Virus record (IMG/VR): IMGVR_UViG_3300050821_002957
Location: 62,001 to 126,000 of that record
Reading direction: 5' to 3' (one strand)
Length of the DNA stretch: 64,000 bases
Position numbers and translations under genes: made by a program. Positions 1-9,538 of this stretch are shown one piece after another. The notes under the pieces were generated by a model that was not told where the DNA came from, ran no database searches, and was given only the letters and a program-made list of their open reading frames with translations. Numbering within the stretch: position 1 is the stretch's first letter; each line of letters starts with the position of its first letter.

Positions 1-1
1 G

Positions 2-145
2 GGCGCAGCGTATGACGGTGGCGTCAATGTGTGGGTGAAAGATTTCGGCCAGTCCATGCAGCGCAAAGAGGCATTTGCTTATGCCTTCGCCGACGTGTTG
101 AACAAAGCTGGAATCAAGGCTTACGCCCAAAGTCGGATGGACTAA
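2..145 (+). CDS. C-terminal part of a conserved T4-like phage hypothetical protein (5' truncated)
   Basis: Manual translation of frame 2: GAAYDGGVNVWVKDFGQSMQRKEAFAYAFADVLNKAGIKAYAQSRMD*; abuts the next ATG at 147. Confidence 0.65.
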   Translation, partial: GAAYDGGVNVWVKDFGQSMQRKEAFAYAFADVLNKAGIKAYAQSRMD

Positions 146-146
146 T

Positions 147-680
147 ATGGACCTCGAAAAAGCATTCTTTGCCATTCAAGATCAACTTCGTATCGCCGAG
201 ATGGAATACACCAAAACTCAACTTGGTCTCCGTCAAGAGGTTGAACGAAACATCAATCGCTTCATGGCTACTCTTGACATCACGAAAACTGTCGCCGATC
301 TACGTGAGGCCCATGTCAAAGCGGGAAAACTCATGATTGAAGAGAAGGAACGCAAAGCACAGGCCGGGGAAAATGCACCGTACCCAATCGGCACCAAAAT
401 GAAATGCACGAAACTAGTTCGTCGTCATGGTCGTTATCGTGGCGACGAAACTACGATCTACGGCGTCGTCGAAGGCGTGACTCGTGATACAGTTTTGCCT
501 ATGACAATGGGATGCCGGTCGTGGCGTAAACCAGCCATCGGCAGCTACATCGTTCGTATTCTGAAAGCTGATGGGACACCTGGGAAAAATTTTGAAGAAC
601 TTTATGATCGCTGGACTCCGATGGACGAAACCATCCAGCGCAACGTGCCGGTTCTTCAAGTCACAGAGGAAATGCTTTAA
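147..680 (+). CDS. hypothetical protein (N-terminal coiled coil)
   Basis: 177-aa ORF tightly packed in the early gene run. Confidence 0.75.
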   Translation: MDLEKAFFAIQDQLRIAEMEYTKTQLGLRQEVERNINRFMATLDITKTVADLREAHVKAGKLMIEEKERKAQAGENAPYPIGTKMKCTKLVRRHGRYRGDETTIYGVVEGVTRDTVLPMTMGCRSWRKPAIGSYIVRILKADGTPGKNFEELYDRWTPMDETIQRNVPVLQVTEEML

Positions 681-682
681 CT

Positions 683-889
683 ATGACACCAGCACTTACC
701 GAATACCTTAAGACCGATTATCTGACCATTCTCGATCATCCGGCGCTTTCTCTCGACATGAAAGTCGGCTACCTGATGGCCGTCGTCAACATCGATCCGG
801 CTGCACACGGAGCGTCTCATCTACCTTTACGGGAACTTGCAAAGGCTATGAGAACGTTCGTCAGTGCATACACGACAGGAAGCTGGTAA
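683..889 (+). CDS. hypothetical protein
   Basis: 68-aa ORF with tight spacing to neighbours. Confidence 0.65.
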   Translation: MTPALTEYLKTDYLTILDHPALSLDMKVGYLMAVVNIDPAAHGASHLPLRELAKAMRTFVSAYTTGSW

Positions 890-890
890 A

Positions 891-1127
891 ATGCTACTTC
901 ATTCCGAATTACAAGGCACACACGACGCCTACGGCCCAGCCATGACGATTCAGGAAATGCTTGACCTCCTGAGATCAATTCCACGGCAGGCTCGTCAAAA
1001 TTACTTGTCGATGGTGGACAAAGATGGTAACATTGTCGATGTCACCGGGCTGCATTTTGCCCAGAGCGACCAAGCAGAGAAGTGGGAATTCAAAGTTTAC
1101 GTCGTGACATCAAACAGCAAGGAATGA
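891..1127 (+). CDS. hypothetical protein
   Basis: ATG at 891 just after the previous stop. Confidence 0.65.
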   Translation: MLLHSELQGTHDAYGPAMTIQEMLDLLRSIPRQARQNYLSMVDKDGNIVDVTGLHFAQSDQAEKWEFKVYVVTSNSKE

Positions 1128-1128
1128 C

Positions 1129-1602
1129 ATGAAAAAATTATCCAAAGTCCATCTGAACAATCGAGACATCGTTACGGCAGCATTGCGTGAAACCTTACAG
1201 ACGTTCACTGAGGCGGTCGGTGAATACAATACAGAAGAGCAAGAGGCATTTGAGGTTCTTCAGACTGCCATCACTGCCTACAATGAACGCATGGTCGAAG
1301 CCTGGGAAAAGGTCGAAACAGCACAGACGGCGCACAACGAATCGATAGACGCCGCCAATGAGTGGATGGGCCAGATTGTTTCAGACATCGACGAATACAT
1401 GTCGGGCAAGTCTGAAAAATGGCAAGACGGTGACGCAGCACAGGCGTACTCTGAATGGAAAGCTGCGTTTGAAGAAGACCTCGAACAAGAAGACATGGAA
1501 CAACCGGAACAAATCGAAATCGAACAACCGGATGAACTCTCTCTTAACAGCGACGAAGATCCGGCTGATAAACTGGAACAACTACCCGAAGAATTGGGAT
1601 GA
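1129..1602 (+). CDS. acidic helical hypothetical protein
   Basis: 157 aa, E/D-rich, AAGGA Shine-Dalgarno. Confidence 0.75.
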   Translation: MKKLSKVHLNNRDIVTAALRETLQTFTEAVGEYNTEEQEAFEVLQTAITAYNERMVEAWEKVETAQTAHNESIDAANEWMGQIVSDIDEYMSGKSEKWQDGDAAQAYSEWKAAFEEDLEQEDMEQPEQIEIEQPDELSLNSDEDPADKLEQLPEELG

Positions 1603-1772
1603 TCTTTCAGAAGAGAAAAGACGGTCTGATTGAAGCCATCATTGCCTGGAAGAGCTATATTGTCGTTGGATATGGCTCTTCGGAAGAAAAGGCAGCGCTT
1701 AATGCATACCGAGCGATTTGCAACTCCATACTTGATTGACAAAAATCCAATCAATGCGACACTAAATACGCA

Positions 1773-2273
1773 TTGGTGGATGATCGCATACGTCAAAAAC
1801 TCGCTAATCTAGTTCGTCTGGCGAAGCGACCCGGTAACCCTCATGAGGGCGAAGCCGCTCGACTTGCTGCTATTCGACTGTCTCTGAAATATGGGATAGC
1901 GTGTGAATTTACTGCAAGCGGTACAAATCATACCAGTACTCGACCCACAGCGAGTGCGCCGCCGCAAAGTTCGACACAGGAGACCCCTGTTTCTGACGAT
2001 GTGATCTTCTACCAATGGATCAAAGCTCTAGCCAAACTTGGTTGGGGAATCCACGACTGCATCGACACCAAAATTGGACGCCAGATAAAATTCCGCAAAG
2101 CTGGTTACAATTCTGAATTACGAGTCACACAGAGGGCCAAGGGCAACGGTCAAGACTTTGAGGCCGAGCACATTAAACGTCCTGATTCAATCAATGGCGA
2201 GGATGTTTCCTTTTGCATTTTTATGACGATCCATCTTGGCGAACTCATCCGGCATATTTCATACACTAAATAG
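1773..2273 (+). CDS. protein with DUF2786-like N-terminus
   Basis: RIRQKLANLVRLAKRPGNPHEGEAARLAAIRL resembles the DUF2786 motif; CTAAATA upstream. Confidence 0.6.
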   Translation: MVDDRIRQKLANLVRLAKRPGNPHEGEAARLAAIRLSLKYGIACEFTASGTNHTSTRPTASAPPQSSTQETPVSDDVIFYQWIKALAKLGWGIHDCIDTKIGRQIKFRKAGYNSELRVTQRAKGNGQDFEAEHIKRPDSINGEDVSFCIFMTIHLGELIRHISYTK

Positions 2274-2277
2274 CATC

Positions 2278-2538
2278 ATGAAATCCAAGTCTCTAATCCT
2301 TTGGGCAGCGATCCTTTTCGCATTGGGGCGCATATTCATTACGCCTCGCCTGACGAACATTCCCACGGTGACGGGAACTTACGAATCACTGGCGCATTTG
2401 TTTGTTGGCTTTTTGATCCTCGTGCCCTTCTATGATCGTAAAGAAGAGCTTGGACCTTCCAAATTGTACGGTTGGATCGGCTGGGGACTAGCGAGCGGGG
2501 AAGCCGTCTGGTTTGCGGTACAAAAAATCCACGGATAA
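2278..2538 (+). CDS. small membrane protein (about 3 TM segments)
   Basis: Hydrophobic segments; ATG 5 nt after CTAAATA (2266-2272). Confidence 0.65.
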   Translation: MKSKSLILWAAILFALGRIFITPRLTNIPTVTGTYESLAHLFVGFLILVPFYDRKEELGPSKLYGWIGWGLASGEAVWFAVQKIHG

Positions 2539-2545
2539 ATAGGGC

Positions 2546-3058
2546 ATGAAACTGAGAGCCGTATTACCATTCTTGCTTTTACCCCTCCTTCTCGTATCAT
2601 CATCCCTATCTGTTGCTGATTCCGAAGCTGCCTCACCACAAGTCATTATGATGATGTATCATCGTGCGTATCCAAAGTACGTACCAGAACACATCACACC
2701 AGAATTTCTGAAAGAAAAACATGAATTAGAACAGGTCTACAAAAAGTGGGCTGTAATCTTTCATATGGAAGATTGGAATACAGAAGTGACGCCGGTCCCG
2801 CTTTCCTTCCTTAAAGAATTTTGTCCGTCTGAATGTTTTGCCGGAAGCAACTGGAACATCTATGACGAAAGCGGTGTAATGTTCATTCTCCAACGATCAG
2901 AATACACTAACGAAATGAAAAAGAGTTTGCGTCAGCGACATGTAAGTATCTGGTCTGATCAACGAAACAGCGTTCTTCATGAAATTCTTCACAATGTAAT
3001 TGAACATGGATACGAAGAAGCCGTAGTCAGCACACTTGCAAATTTGTTGAATCCCTGA
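2546..3058 (+). CDS. secreted protein with HExxH motif (putative zincin metallopeptidase)
   Basis: Signal peptide MKLRAVLPFLLLPLLLVSSSLSVA; LHEILH motif; ATAAATA promoter at 2535. Confidence 0.6.
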   Translation: MKLRAVLPFLLLPLLLVSSSLSVADSEAASPQVIMMMYHRAYPKYVPEHITPEFLKEKHELEQVYKKWAVIFHMEDWNTEVTPVPLSFLKEFCPSECFAGSNWNIYDESGVMFILQRSEYTNEMKKSLRQRHVSIWSDQRNSVLHEILHNVIEHGYEEAVVSTLANLLNP

Positions 3059-3070
3059 TAAGCTCGCTAA

Positions 3071-3895
3071 ATGGGCGTAGACGCACGTATTCTCCTTAAA
3101 ATCACCGATTCTGCCGCATGGCTCGATGCAGCACAACTTAGGAACATCTCAGCTAGGCTTACTGAGGCCATCGGCTACGACCACTTCTTCATCGATACAG
3201 ATGAAGATCGTCATGCAATTTCATTTGTAATCGACGAGAACAAAAAGTATCCCGCCGACTATGAACAGGAACCCGGCAAACCTTTCGATCCGACTGGTCC
3301 TGCGGTCTACGGACAAGATTCCAATGAAGAACCATATTTGATCGCCAAACCGAACGAACAATTTCTTGAAGTGCATCTATTCTCTCGATACTACGGTGAA
3401 GACTATGCTCGTGGGGATTGGCCGATGATCTACTTCACGCTGATGTGGTGCTTTCACAATATTCCTCATTGTGAAGTCTGGTACGGTGGTGATTCCAGCG
3501 GTTGTCTCATGGAACACATGACAGTGGAACGTATGGTCGAAGTGACAAAATTCTTTTTGACAACAGGCTACAAGACATATCGCACTTACGCCCGAGACCA
3601 TGAATACATCTGTGAATTTTGTAAGGTCATAGCTATTAGGTCTGGTGGCGGTGGTGGGACAGATTTTTATTCATGCGATTCCTGCGGCCAACATTGGAAC
3701 ATCGAACATGTAGGTGCATTCAAACGTTTGGTGACCCGGTTTGGAGATGAGCCGACCGACGACAAACACGACAACAAAATCCCGTCGTTTACGATGTCCC
3801 AACAAATGCGAGAAGGAAAACGCACACTCTATCCATTCGATGGCATTTTCCGCAAAAGATACGCTCCAAAGGTTGAAAAACAGACCGTTCAATAG
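3071..3895 (+). CDS. hypothetical protein with CxxC...CxxC zinc ribbon
   Basis: 274 aa; CEFC and CDSC motifs. Confidence 0.7.
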   Translation: MGVDARILLKITDSAAWLDAAQLRNISARLTEAIGYDHFFIDTDEDRHAISFVIDENKKYPADYEQEPGKPFDPTGPAVYGQDSNEEPYLIAKPNEQFLEVHLFSRYYGEDYARGDWPMIYFTLMWCFHNIPHCEVWYGGDSSGCLMEHMTVERMVEVTKFFLTTGYKTYRTYARDHEYICEFCKVIAIRSGGGGGTDFYSCDSCGQHWNIEHVGAFKRLVTRFGDEPTDDKHDNKIPSFTMSQQMREGKRTLYPFDGIFRKRYAPKVEKQTVQ

Positions 3896-3915
3896 CTCCT
3901 ATCTGATAGTGCCAC

Positions 3916-3951
3916 TTGACTTTAGCAGCAAAGTGTGGTAAGATGTATCTA
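3916..3951 (+). promoter_or_regulatory. sigma70-type promoter overlapped by an AGATGTATCTA box
   Basis: TTGACT-17-TAAGAT with TG extension; palindromic box at 3941-3951. Confidence 0.7.
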
Positions 3952-3976
3952 GTGGCGCATCTCAGAAAGGAGCAAT

Positions 3977-4477
3977 ATGCTGCTAAAAAATACATCCCAG
4001 TACAGTGATCAGATAGTACGGTTCATCGTCAAGCACGCCGCCAGCACTATCGATATAAGCAACGTTGCAATCAACGTCAAGAATTCTACTCATCGGTACG
4101 CTGGTCGAGCATTTCCGTACATTCCTTCTGAATCACCTTGGCGGGGAACTCCGAAGGCTCGATACCTGATCGTCTGTCGTGTCGGTGGGCCAAAATTATT
4201 CCCCTATCAATGCAAAGGATACCCCGGACGCAAAATTGAAAATGGTCGCTGGCCGACGCCTTTGCTCGCCGATTGGATGGAATGCATGGTCATGTTGGTT
4301 GCTCATGAACTTTTTCACATTCAGCAATTCCGTGTGAAAGCTCGATGCACCGAACTCGAAACTGAAGCCTTCGGAATGCGCCGCCTGGAAGCGTGGAGAG
4401 AGCTTGTCGCTGCTGGGAAGGTGCCGAGCCTGCCTCTTCAAACGAACGGCTGTAGCGTCTCAGAAGCGCAAGAATGA
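3977..4477 (+). CDS. putative zinc metallopeptidase (HExxH)
   Basis: AHELFH motif plus downstream ELETE; AAGGAG Shine-Dalgarno. Confidence 0.65.
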   Translation: MLLKNTSQYSDQIVRFIVKHAASTIDISNVAINVKNSTHRYAGRAFPYIPSESPWRGTPKARYLIVCRVGGPKLFPYQCKGYPGRKIENGRWPTPLLADWMECMVMLVAHELFHIQQFRVKARCTELETEAFGMRRLEAWRELVAAGKVPSLPLQTNGCSVSEAQE

Positions 4478-4628
4478 GGTATTGGCTGCGAAGCTCGAAC
4501 ATTGCCAAGCCATGCTCCAAAAGAACACGACCAAAATGAAACGTGCCGAGACCATCGTCAAAAAGTGGCGCACCAAAGTCCGATACTACGAAAAAAAGAT
4601 TGATACATCTATTGACATCTCGGTCTGA
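4404..4628 (+). CDS. basic coiled-coil segment, possibly the frameshifted C-terminus of 3977..4477
   Basis: Protein-like helix KLEHCQAMLQKNTTKMKRAETIVKKWRTKVRYYEKK in the +1 frame, with no convincing start. Confidence 0.4.
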   Translation: MSLLGRCRACLFKRTAVASQKRKNEVLAAKLEHCQAMLQKNTTKMKRAETIVKKWRTKVRYYEKKIDTSIDISV

Positions 4629-4647
4629 AGTTGCTATCATAGGTTTA
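4602..4647 (+). promoter_or_regulatory. sigma70-type promoter with GATACATCTA box; leaderless transcript
   Basis: GATACATCTA-TTGACA(4612)-17-TATCAT(4635)-7 nt-ATG(4648). Confidence 0.8.
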
Positions 4648-4767
4648 ATGAAACGCAACGGACACCAAATCAAAAAGATCGGTTACACTCGCAAGGGCTG
4701 GAGCAAAAACTATGCTATCCGTGCCGACCGCCGCAACGGGAAAGCCGCTGCCAAGGACACCAACTAA
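4648..4767 (+). CDS. 39-aa basic peptide
   Basis: MKRNGHQIKKIGYTRKGWSKNYAIRADRRNGKAAAKDTN; ATG at the predicted +1. Confidence 0.6.
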   Translation: MKRNGHQIKKIGYTRKGWSKNYAIRADRRNGKAAAKDTN

Positions 4768-4768
4768 C

Positions 4769-4957
4769 ATGAACAACTTCACCAAACCCTTCATTGTTTG
4801 GTCGATTGGTGATTTTGAAGGATGGATTCCGCAAGAATTCGAGTCCCAGGAAGCCATCGTCGAAGCGATCAAGAAGGGCGAAATCCGTGGTGAATACGCC
4901 GTAACTCGATTAATGCCGGTCAAGGTCACCGTCGATTTGCAAGACTGTGTACGATAA
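4769..4957 (+). CDS. hypothetical protein
   Basis: MNNFTKPF...; tight packing. Confidence 0.6.
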   Translation: MNNFTKPFIVWSIGDFEGWIPQEFESQEAIVEAIKKGEIRGEYAVTRLMPVKVTVDLQDCVR

Positions 4958-4967
4958 AGGAAAAACC

Positions 4968-5132
4968 ATGCAACCAACCATTCGTGAATCTCTTAAAAAC
5001 GCTTTGGAAGCCCTGAAATCCTCAGGCTTCCCTCCGGGCGGCGCAGTGTACGACGATCTGAACCAAGTTCTTCTCGATTTGGGCAACGAAGATATGTATG
5101 GGACGCTGCTTGAAGATCAGTTGACGGCATAA
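4968..5132 (+). CDS. hypothetical protein
   Basis: AAGGA Shine-Dalgarno; MQPTIRE... Confidence 0.6.
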   Translation: MQPTIRESLKNALEALKSSGFPPGGAVYDDLNQVLLDLGNEDMYGTLLEDQLTA

Positions 5133-5133
5133 A

Positions 5134-5183
5134 AGATACATCTACCCATTGACACCAAACAGAGAAATTGGTACACTTTACTC
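5134..5183 (+). promoter_or_regulatory. sigma70-type promoter with AGATACATCTA box; leaderless transcript
   Basis: AGATACATCTA(5134)...TTGACA(5149)-17-TACACT(5172)-6 nt-ATG(5184). Confidence 0.8.
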
Positions 5184-5429
5184 ATGGGACTTGGAAACAA
5201 CAGAGATTATGTCAAGAGCGAACGGAAGATCAAATGCCGTCTCGCTGTCCTCGCACAAAGAACAAAGGAATTGACGGACACTGGCATGGGCTATGGCACT
5301 GCGTTCCGGCAAGCATCCGCAGGACTCAATGCTGGTGAACTGGGAGACCGACTCAAAGCCTGGGTCGATCCGGTCCTAAAGCACAAACGTGAAATCCGTG
5401 CGGCACGAAAGGCGGCAGAAAATGACTAA
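5184..5429 (+). CDS. hypothetical protein
   Basis: 81-aa ORF starting at the promoter +1. Confidence 0.7.
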   Translation: MGLGNNRDYVKSERKIKCRLAVLAQRTKELTDTGMGYGTAFRQASAGLNAGELGDRLKAWVDPVLKHKREIRAARKAAEND

Positions 5430-5592
5430 GCTCCAACACGTTTCAATTTTGAAGAATGGTCTAAAACAATCCGTGATGACCGCCATCGAAGAAGCGGTTT
5501 TCAGCGGTCTCACACCAGAACAAGTCAGTGACGTTTTGACGGAACTGGGCTACGCTCCCAAACTGAATACGAACGAACTCCCGGCATACTAA
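5422..5592 (+). CDS. hypothetical protein
   Basis: Overlapping start MTKLQH... Confidence 0.6.
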   Translation: MTKLQHVSILKNGLKQSVMTAIEEAVFSGLTPEQVSDVLTELGYAPKLNTNELPAY

Positions 5593-5593
5593 C

Positions 5594-5785
5594 ATGAAAC
5601 AATTTCTCCATCTTTCTCTTTCCGGCGACGAAGTTGCTGCGCTCATCATGATCACGCATCAAGCCAGCCAGACAACCTTCATGGATGCTAAGACCCGAGC
5701 CGCCGTCCAACAACTAGGCCAAAAAATCTACAACAAGGCTGGAGTGGACGTAGACAGCACCGACTTACCACTGGGAGATTTTTAA
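5594..5785 (+). CDS. hypothetical protein
   Basis: 63-aa ORF, tight packing. Confidence 0.6.
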   Translation: MKQFLHLSLSGDEVAALIMITHQASQTTFMDAKTRAAVQQLGQKIYNKAGVDVDSTDLPLGDF

Positions 5786-6111
5786 TGAAAAAGTGTCTGA
5801 CCTGTGATCGCAAGCTGACGCCGCCGACAAGTGTGCCTCGATGGAACAGAGAAACACTGGCGGAATCAAGCCGCAAATTTTACGACGAACAAGTTGCCAC
5901 ACGCCAAACTGAAATCGCCGACGAAAAACTTGGTCTGTACGGCGAGAGTCAATTCTGCAACAAAGAATGTGCCGCTTTCTTCGGTCGCACTGCCGTCGCA
6001 ATTTTCGCTCACATGGACTTCATGCCGCCGACCTTTGCCGAGCGCATCACCATGATTCAGAAACTTGCGGAGCGCATGTTCACCTGGGTTCGAGAACGGA
6101 AGACCAAATGA
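5785..6111 (+). CDS. hypothetical zinc-finger protein
   Basis: CLTC...FCNKEC; TAATG coupling. Confidence 0.65.
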   Translation: MKKCLTCDRKLTPPTSVPRWNRETLAESSRKFYDEQVATRQTEIADEKLGLYGESQFCNKECAAFFGRTAVAIFAHMDFMPPTFAERITMIQKLAERMFTWVRERKTK

Positions 6112-6374
6112 CCCTCGCCGAAATAATGCCCTACGAATTCATTCGTGGTGAATACAACGATACACCTGCGTACTTGCTGAAAGACTGCCCGGTGAAGTCT
6201 GTTCACTGCATGGTCAAGGATGGTGAGCACTATAAGCGCTGGCCGGGACCGCACAAGAACGTTGTCACCTGGGTAGTGCTCGACAACGGCAAACTGGTAG
6301 GATGGAACGAAAACGTCGCTCGTGGCTGGAGCTTCCCGGTCCTTCCAGCACGACCGTGGTTGATCGAGGAATAA
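6108..6374 (+). CDS. conserved phage hypothetical protein
   Basis: ATGA overlap; WPGPHKNV..W.VL.NGK.VGWNEN..RGWSFPV motif. Confidence 0.65.
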   Translation: MTLAEIMPYEFIRGEYNDTPAYLLKDCPVKSVHCMVKDGEHYKRWPGPHKNVVTWVVLDNGKLVGWNENVARGWSFPVLPARPWLIEE

Positions 6375-6375
6375 A

Positions 6376-6603
6376 ATGGAACCAATCATCATCACTGGCA
6401 CTGTAGGAGACATCAGCACCGAAGATAGTGGCGCTGCGAAGATTGCCGATCTGGACGACGAAGAATCGACCGGCAGTCCTGAATTTTTCGTGCGCCTGCA
6501 AAGTTATAACGACAATTTTGATAGCACCGACAAGCAAATGCACCCGACGATGGATGCGCTGGCCGGAAAGAAAGTTCGCATCACCGTGGAGGTAATCGAA
6601 TGA
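6376..6603 (+). CDS. hypothetical protein
   Basis: GAGGA Shine-Dalgarno, 75 aa. Confidence 0.65.
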   Translation: MEPIIITGTVGDISTEDSGAAKIADLDDEESTGSPEFFVRLQSYNDNFDSTDKQMHPTMDALAGKKVRITVEVIE

Positions 6604-6776
6604 CCAAATTTTTTGTTATGTGGACCGGAGTGGTCGAAGTCGAAGCAGAGACACATAAAGACGCAGTTGCTTTGGTCAAGAATGATCCAGAGCGTGTGCT
6701 TCATGAAAGTCAATATGGTGCTTCAGATGGAATTACTAGTTACTCTGAGAAACCGGGGCCAATGGCATTCTCATGA
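6600..6776 (+). CDS. 58-aa hypothetical protein (below the ORF-track cutoff)
   Basis: MTKFFVMWTGVVEVEAETHKDAVALVK...; ATGA overlaps at both ends; GGAGG Shine-Dalgarno. Confidence 0.6.
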   Translation: MTKFFVMWTGVVEVEAETHKDAVALVKNDPERVLHESQYGASDGITSYSEKPGPMAFS

Positions 6777-6994
6777 AACTCGTCCAAAAAATGCACAAAG
6801 GCGAAATTTGCTGGTTCGCCATATTCGACAACTATCCTAGATGCAATTCTTGGCTTATCGGACGAGTCTGGAAGATGCCAACTGTAGCCGATGCTATGCG
6901 AATTGTGAACGCTTGGAAAATTCTGGTGATCGATGGACGCCCGTATTACTTCGACAAATGGCGTACAAACACCCGGAAAGCATACGGCACATAA
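6773..6994 (+). CDS. hypothetical protein
   Basis: 73 aa, last gene of the + strand run. Confidence 0.55.
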   Translation: MKLVQKMHKGEICWFAIFDNYPRCNSWLIGRVWKMPTVADAMRIVNAWKILVIDGRPYYFDKWRTNTRKAYGT

Positions 6995-7020
6995 AACGCT
7001 CCCAGGACATTTCGACATAG

Positions 7021-7054
7021 AAAAGGCCCATCGGTGTCATCCGGTGGGCCAAAA
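7021..7054 (-). terminator. intrinsic terminator between converging transcription units
   Basis: GGCCCACCGG/CCGATGGGCC stem followed by TTTT on the minus strand. Confidence 0.75.
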
Positions 7055-7087
7055 TCGTTTATAGAGCGTTTCTGAGCGAAGAAAAGG

Positions 7088-9538
7088 CTACTTGGTGAAG
7101 TCTGAGAGCTTCATGTTGTCGCCCTGATCCTTCACAAATGGCTTCTTTGCTGCCCCACCATGCTTTGGACAGTTGCCGCCACCCGTTCTGTAAAGACATT
7201 TCTTGTCGCCGCAATACAAATGTGGATTCTTTTCTTTGTTGAGTCGAACTTTCATTGCTGTCGAGTCCCGACCGGCTTCAGCCAAGACAGCTTTGAGCAG
7301 ATTCATGTTCACTTCTTCGTAGTATGTTCCGCCCTGTGCGCCTCTGACTCGCTTCAATCCAAGGCTCGTCAGCGCATTATGTCTTGCTTTTGCATTTCCG
7401 GCACTCTTTTTACGAGATGCAATTTTGTTTAAGTGTTGATCAAGAGACTTAGCCGAGCTTCCTTCGTTCGGCGTCAAGCTCTTATTCGGACCACGATGTT
7501 TCCAGCTTCCTTCTGGTGAAAGATGAACTGACGATGTGTCCTTATGACGATATGTCGAATAGTGTTCTGGATCGCTACTGACGTGACTGTAACCATGCTT
7601 CTTCAAAACCTCATGATGTTGAGCATTGTACATCGCATGGTGTTCCATTTCCGATTCGTCAAACCGTTCTTTGTACTTCGCTGGTTTATCCTTTTTCGAC
7701 CGGATGACTTTCTTTGCAGGTGGCATTCCGACCGCAGCTTTTGATCTACGCTTCATGTCTTCCGGCGTATCTTTGATCGTCATCGTATTGCTTTTGAACT
7801 TGGCGAACTTATTCTTGCCTTCAGACACGTCACCTTTCCAGAAACCAGGATGATGTGTACCAACTTTCTTTTCGTACTTCTCTTGATCATCTGCATCGGT
7901 TGGATGAATTGCTGTTCCGAAAGATCCGTGCTTGACGTGGAGCTTCGATCCATCATGATGACGATATTCTGGTGTCTTATTTTCGTTCGATCCCATGTAC
8001 ATGTAATGCTTATCGTCCGAATCCTTTCTGATTAATGGATGCAAAATCGGCTTATCGACACTATGATCATAGTATCTGGTCTCATCGACTTTTTTGATCG
8101 ACCCCCAAGCAGCAGAGTCTTTCATCTTGGCTTTGTCGTTGTCGGCGAGGAGCTTCTTATCCGGGCACGGCATATCAACAGCGTGCATTCTTCCACAGGC
8201 TTCACACTTCTCTAGCTTGTTTGCTCTTTGGATGTCCTTCGAGTCAGCTTCTTTTAATTTTTCCCAACCAGTCTTCGCTTTTTTTCGTGCTTCCTGTCTA
8301 CGTTCGTTAGCTTTTTCAACATCATCGTCGGACCACATTTCTGGTGTGCTCTTACGATAAGAATCATACGGCGGATAACCAGTTTTGAGATGCCGTGTGC
8401 GCTCTTGCGTCTTGACATCCGGGTAACCTTCAGTGACAAGCTCATGATGCCATTCATGCCCACCATTTCCCTTTTGTGCAGCGGCTTGACGATTCAAATG
8501 ATCGACATAATCTTGTGGCTTCGGATACTTGTGCTGTACGTTTCCACCAAATTTTTTTGGGAGTTCATGGAAACGATCTTGGTGAGCAATGCTGTGCAAG
8601 TGATCGTTGGTAATGTCAGCAGTACGGCTCTTTCCAGTCGGAACGTGAGTAACTTTCATTTTACCAAGAACAGCCTTGTCATTACTTGTTGACTCCTTCA
8701 ATTCTGCCTTATGCATTTTTGCTTGCTTGTCGTGATGATTCCAACGATTTACGTTAGGTTGGAAATTGGAGCCTTTAGGTGGTTGCGGAGCAAATTCACT
8801 ACCTCTCGCTTTCAAATGAGCATTCATTGCCGAACGATGATCTTCTGGCTTGTTAGTTTTGTACGCCAGTCGAGTTGCTTTAGCTGCTAAAAGAGAATGT
8901 CCAGGATTTGCATCTGATCCAATCTCAATAGAGCCATTGCTAAATCCGCCACTTTCATTAACATTGTTCTCTGGGCCGAGCGCACGAGCAGTGTGAATCG
9001 ACTGAGGATGATCAGTAGTAGGATGACGGTCGCCGCAGACTGCACAGTGAGTGCTCTGATCTGCTTCTTCAACCTTTTTGACTCGACCACCACCATGACA
9101 AGTATGACAATCCGTAGCGTCATTCTTGCCTCTGAGTGAACCAACACCATGACACGTCGGACAAGGAGTGTATCCAGGTGCAGCCGTCCATGAATTGGTG
9201 TGCTTGCTGGCATCTTTCACCCATGCGGTAGCTTCTGACAAAACATTTTTTAACAGAACTTCGGTCTCTTCTCTAACAGTGTGAAAGCGAGTGTCATGAC
9301 CGGCTTTTTTCATAGCTGTCTTTGCTGCCTTTTCGGTCGCAGCATGAACGGTATCTACGTGTCTGTTGCTGGTCATGTCAATAACTCTCCACGGCTTCTT
9401 TGGCGTATTCTCTTTTTCATGCACATGAGTCACATCGCCATAGTCACCAGTAGCGTAGGCTGTATCGTTTTTGAAGCGATGAGCCATACTGGTCATTTGG
9501 GTGTCCGCTTGATTCTTGCGCTTTGAAGTATAGTTCAT
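7088..9538 (-). CDS. His/Lys-rich putative head-internal polyprotein
   Basis: 816 aa of short modules, several with CxxC, separated by (V/L)-x-E-(A/S/G/T) sites typical of T4-type prohead protease substrates. Confidence 0.6.
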   Translation of the reverse strand: MNYTSKRKNQADTQMTSMAHRFKNDTAYATGDYGDVTHVHEKENTPKKPWRVIDMTSNRHVDTVHAATEKAAKTAMKKAGHDTRFHTVREETEVLLKNVLSEATAWVKDASKHTNSWTAAPGYTPCPTCHGVGSLRGKNDATDCHTCHGGGRVKKVEEADQSTHCAVCGDRHPTTDHPQSIHTARALGPENNVNESGGFSNGSIEIGSDANPGHSLLAAKATRLAYKTNKPEDHRSAMNAHLKARGSEFAPQPPKGSNFQPNVNRWNHHDKQAKMHKAELKESTSNDKAVLGKMKVTHVPTGKSRTADITNDHLHSIAHQDRFHELPKKFGGNVQHKYPKPQDYVDHLNRQAAAQKGNGGHEWHHELVTEGYPDVKTQERTRHLKTGYPPYDSYRKSTPEMWSDDDVEKANERRQEARKKAKTGWEKLKEADSKDIQRANKLEKCEACGRMHAVDMPCPDKKLLADNDKAKMKDSAAWGSIKKVDETRYYDHSVDKPILHPLIRKDSDDKHYMYMGSNENKTPEYRHHDGSKLHVKHGSFGTAIHPTDADDQEKYEKKVGTHHPGFWKGDVSEGKNKFAKFKSNTMTIKDTPEDMKRRSKAAVGMPPAKKVIRSKKDKPAKYKERFDESEMEHHAMYNAQHHEVLKKHGYSHVSSDPEHYSTYRHKDTSSVHLSPEGSWKHRGPNKSLTPNEGSSAKSLDQHLNKIASRKKSAGNAKARHNALTSLGLKRVRGAQGGTYYEEVNMNLLKAVLAEAGRDSTAMKVRLNKEKNPHLYCGDKKCLYRTGGGNCPKHGGAAKKPFVKDQGDNMKLSDFTK

